The position numbers and the translations under genes are program-made. Shown one piece after another: positions 62,030-64,000 of a stretch of DNA of 64,000 bases. The first letter of the stretch is position 1, and each line of letters opens with the position of its first letter. Under the pieces are notes generated by a model that searched no databases, had not been told where the DNA came from, and saw nothing but the letters and a program-made list of their open reading frames with translations. The DNA is from Eremomyces bilateralis CBS 781.70 (lineage: Eukaryota): the NCBI GenBank assembly GCA_010015585.1, contig ML975180.1; one strand, given 5' to 3'.

Positions 62030-64000
62030 CTACTCCGGCTGATTCTCTCCAACGTCCGGAGCACTGGACGGCTCTGTGGCCGGTATCGATGCTGATTCAG
62101 AGGCACCACACCCCTTGAGCGGCACGCCGCCGTCCTCCTCGTCTTCTGACAGGGCGCCACCTTTGGCGTCGGCGTTCTTCTCATCGGCTCCTACGTCCGT
62201 GGCAGGGTCGGCCGCATCCACATCAATTGGCGACGGCGAATCCTCCGGCTTGTTGATTTGATTGTAGCGTTCCTTCGAGAGATCGATGAGGGGGGAGTCG
62301 TCGTTGTAGAGTCGGAGAAGCATCGCTCTGTGACACCATAATGTTAGCAACGGTTGAAAATCAAACGGTTAGACACGGTATCCAAACTTACTTTCGGTCC
62401 TCTTTCGGCAACATCAGATTGATACTGTTAATGCTCCGCCACAGCGGAATCGCCATCCGCTCTTGAAACCCATCCTCCTCCTCACTCTGCTCCACCCGCA
62501 GCACGAAGCACCCCATGCTCATATCCCGCGCCTTCTCCCCGATCTCCCCCAACTCCCGCCACTTCTCCCCGCCTAGCGTCGGGAACATCTCCTTCAGCAA
62601 CTTCCGCAGCGTCTCCCGATGATACAGCCGCACCACCCTCTCCTCGCCCACCCACGCATCGATAATCGGCAGGCCCTCGCTCTGGATCCGCCACCGGCAC
62701 ACGTCCCGTCCCTGCGCGTCCTGCTTCTGGAACATTTTCACCCCGCAATGCACGAACTTCATCCCGCGCCCCTGGTTCTCCGACAGGATGTCCTTGGCGA
62801 GTTGCGAGGTGTAGTAGATGGACTTGGCCGGCTCGCCTGTGGCGTTGCGGACCATAAAGCGCGTGCGCGGGAAGCGGGCGGCGATGTGGTAGAATTCGTA
62901 GACCTCGTCAACCACCGCGTGGTGAGGGGAGATGTAGATGAACGGCTCTTCGAAGGGTTGGTTGGATTTTCGGGGGGGTCGGGTGTCTTGGGACTTGAGG
63001 ATTGCGGATGCCGTTCCGGTCAGGCCGGCGGGTGTGGGCTTGGAATCTTCGGGCGCAGCGTGGCCATTTGTCGAGGCAGCCGGCGCTTTGATTGGCGCTT
63101 CGGTGGCCACAGTTGGCTGCTCCTCGGTCTTCTCAGTCCTGACATCTGAAGGCTCTTCCTCGACCCGCTGCTTTTTCGGTGGCGTCTCGTCTTGCACCGT
63201 TTCGGATGGGTCTTCGAGAGTACGCTTGGTTGAAGCACGATCCCCATTCAACGGACTAGTGGCAGCACCGTTGGCTGGCTCTTCTTCTTTTACCGCTTTC
63301 TCAGACGCGGTACCGTCAATGGCCTTCTTCTTCTGCTGTTCAAGCAGGGCCACGCGGTTGTGCCTTCCTTCCGGAAGCGCACGAATCTCCGATTTCTTCT
63401 CCAAGACGGCAACGAAGAAGCCTCCGGTATCTTGCAGATGCGGATAAAGGCGCACGCACCGCTCGAGCGGGACTTTGTCTTCGGGCGACGAATCGACCGG
63501 TGGGAATACTTCGGGAATAACCTTGTTCTTGGTGTCTTTGGTAGTAGAAACGTCGTCTCCCTTCTCATACTCCTCCCATGAACCCCAGAACTCGCCGTTC
63601 CGATCCATAACTTTCCAATCCGTCAGACCGGGACGTCGTTTCAACTCCGGCAGCTGGTCCGAGCAATCCACCAGTTCAACCTTCTGCAACCCTCCGCACC
63701 GCTCGATCGCGTGCGCTACCACCGCCTCGTTCTCCACGGGGTTCATGCTGCAGGTAGAATAAACCACCCGACCGCCCACCTTCAGCATCTGCAGCGCCCG
63801 CACAAGGATGCGCGCCTGCATCGTGTGGAGCCCGAGCCCGTTCGCGGGGATCCAGTCGCGCCAGACGCCCGGGTTCTTTCGCGCGGTCCCGTCGCCGGAG
63901 CAGGGGACGTCCGCGAGGATGCGGTCGTATTTGAGGTAGCGCTGCGATTGGCCGGGCGCGCTTGGGAGTTGGATGGATGGGAACATGGTGGCGTCGTGGT
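62030..64000 (-). CDS. NCL1: tRNA (cytosine-C5) methyltransferase NCL1/TRM4 (5' part outside window)
   Basis: YDRILADVPCSGDGT, VVYSTCSMNPVENEAVV, RLYPHLQDTGGFF, WRIQSEG; last exon MLLRLYND after an intron. Confidence 0.95.

Overview
Eukaryotic (filamentous ascomycete-type) genomic DNA with short GT-AG introns and three N gaps. The right half is mostly core genes: GET3, an MFS transporter, a Ldh_2 dehydrogenase, MRPL22, DUF3328, PhyH, Cdt1, ISWI, Prp24, a P450, U1 snRNA and NCL1/TRM4. The left half is accessory and transposon-rich. The main result is a family of Starship-like elements. Element 1 (~12 kb, 12524-24458) has a degraded DUF3435 tyrosine-recombinase 'captain', 14-bp TIRs and TACGnAnTAA direct repeats. 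It carries a NACHT-WD40 NLR whose small, ORF-track-invisible first exon encodes a HET-s-like amyloid motif. Element 2 (~2.5 kb, 32691-35197) is a captainless relative with homologous left and right ends; its only recognisable gene is an intronless, GC-rich, actinobacterial-looking YhhN lysoplasmalogenase. A possible third right end lies at ~9050, next to HNH, HET and NLR relics. Also present: two hAT elements (one apparently intact with a perfect 8-bp TSD), Tc1 and pogo relics, a 127-bp perfect inverted repeat and a candidate 41-aa secreted peptide gene. All calls are by eye from motifs; no database searches were run.
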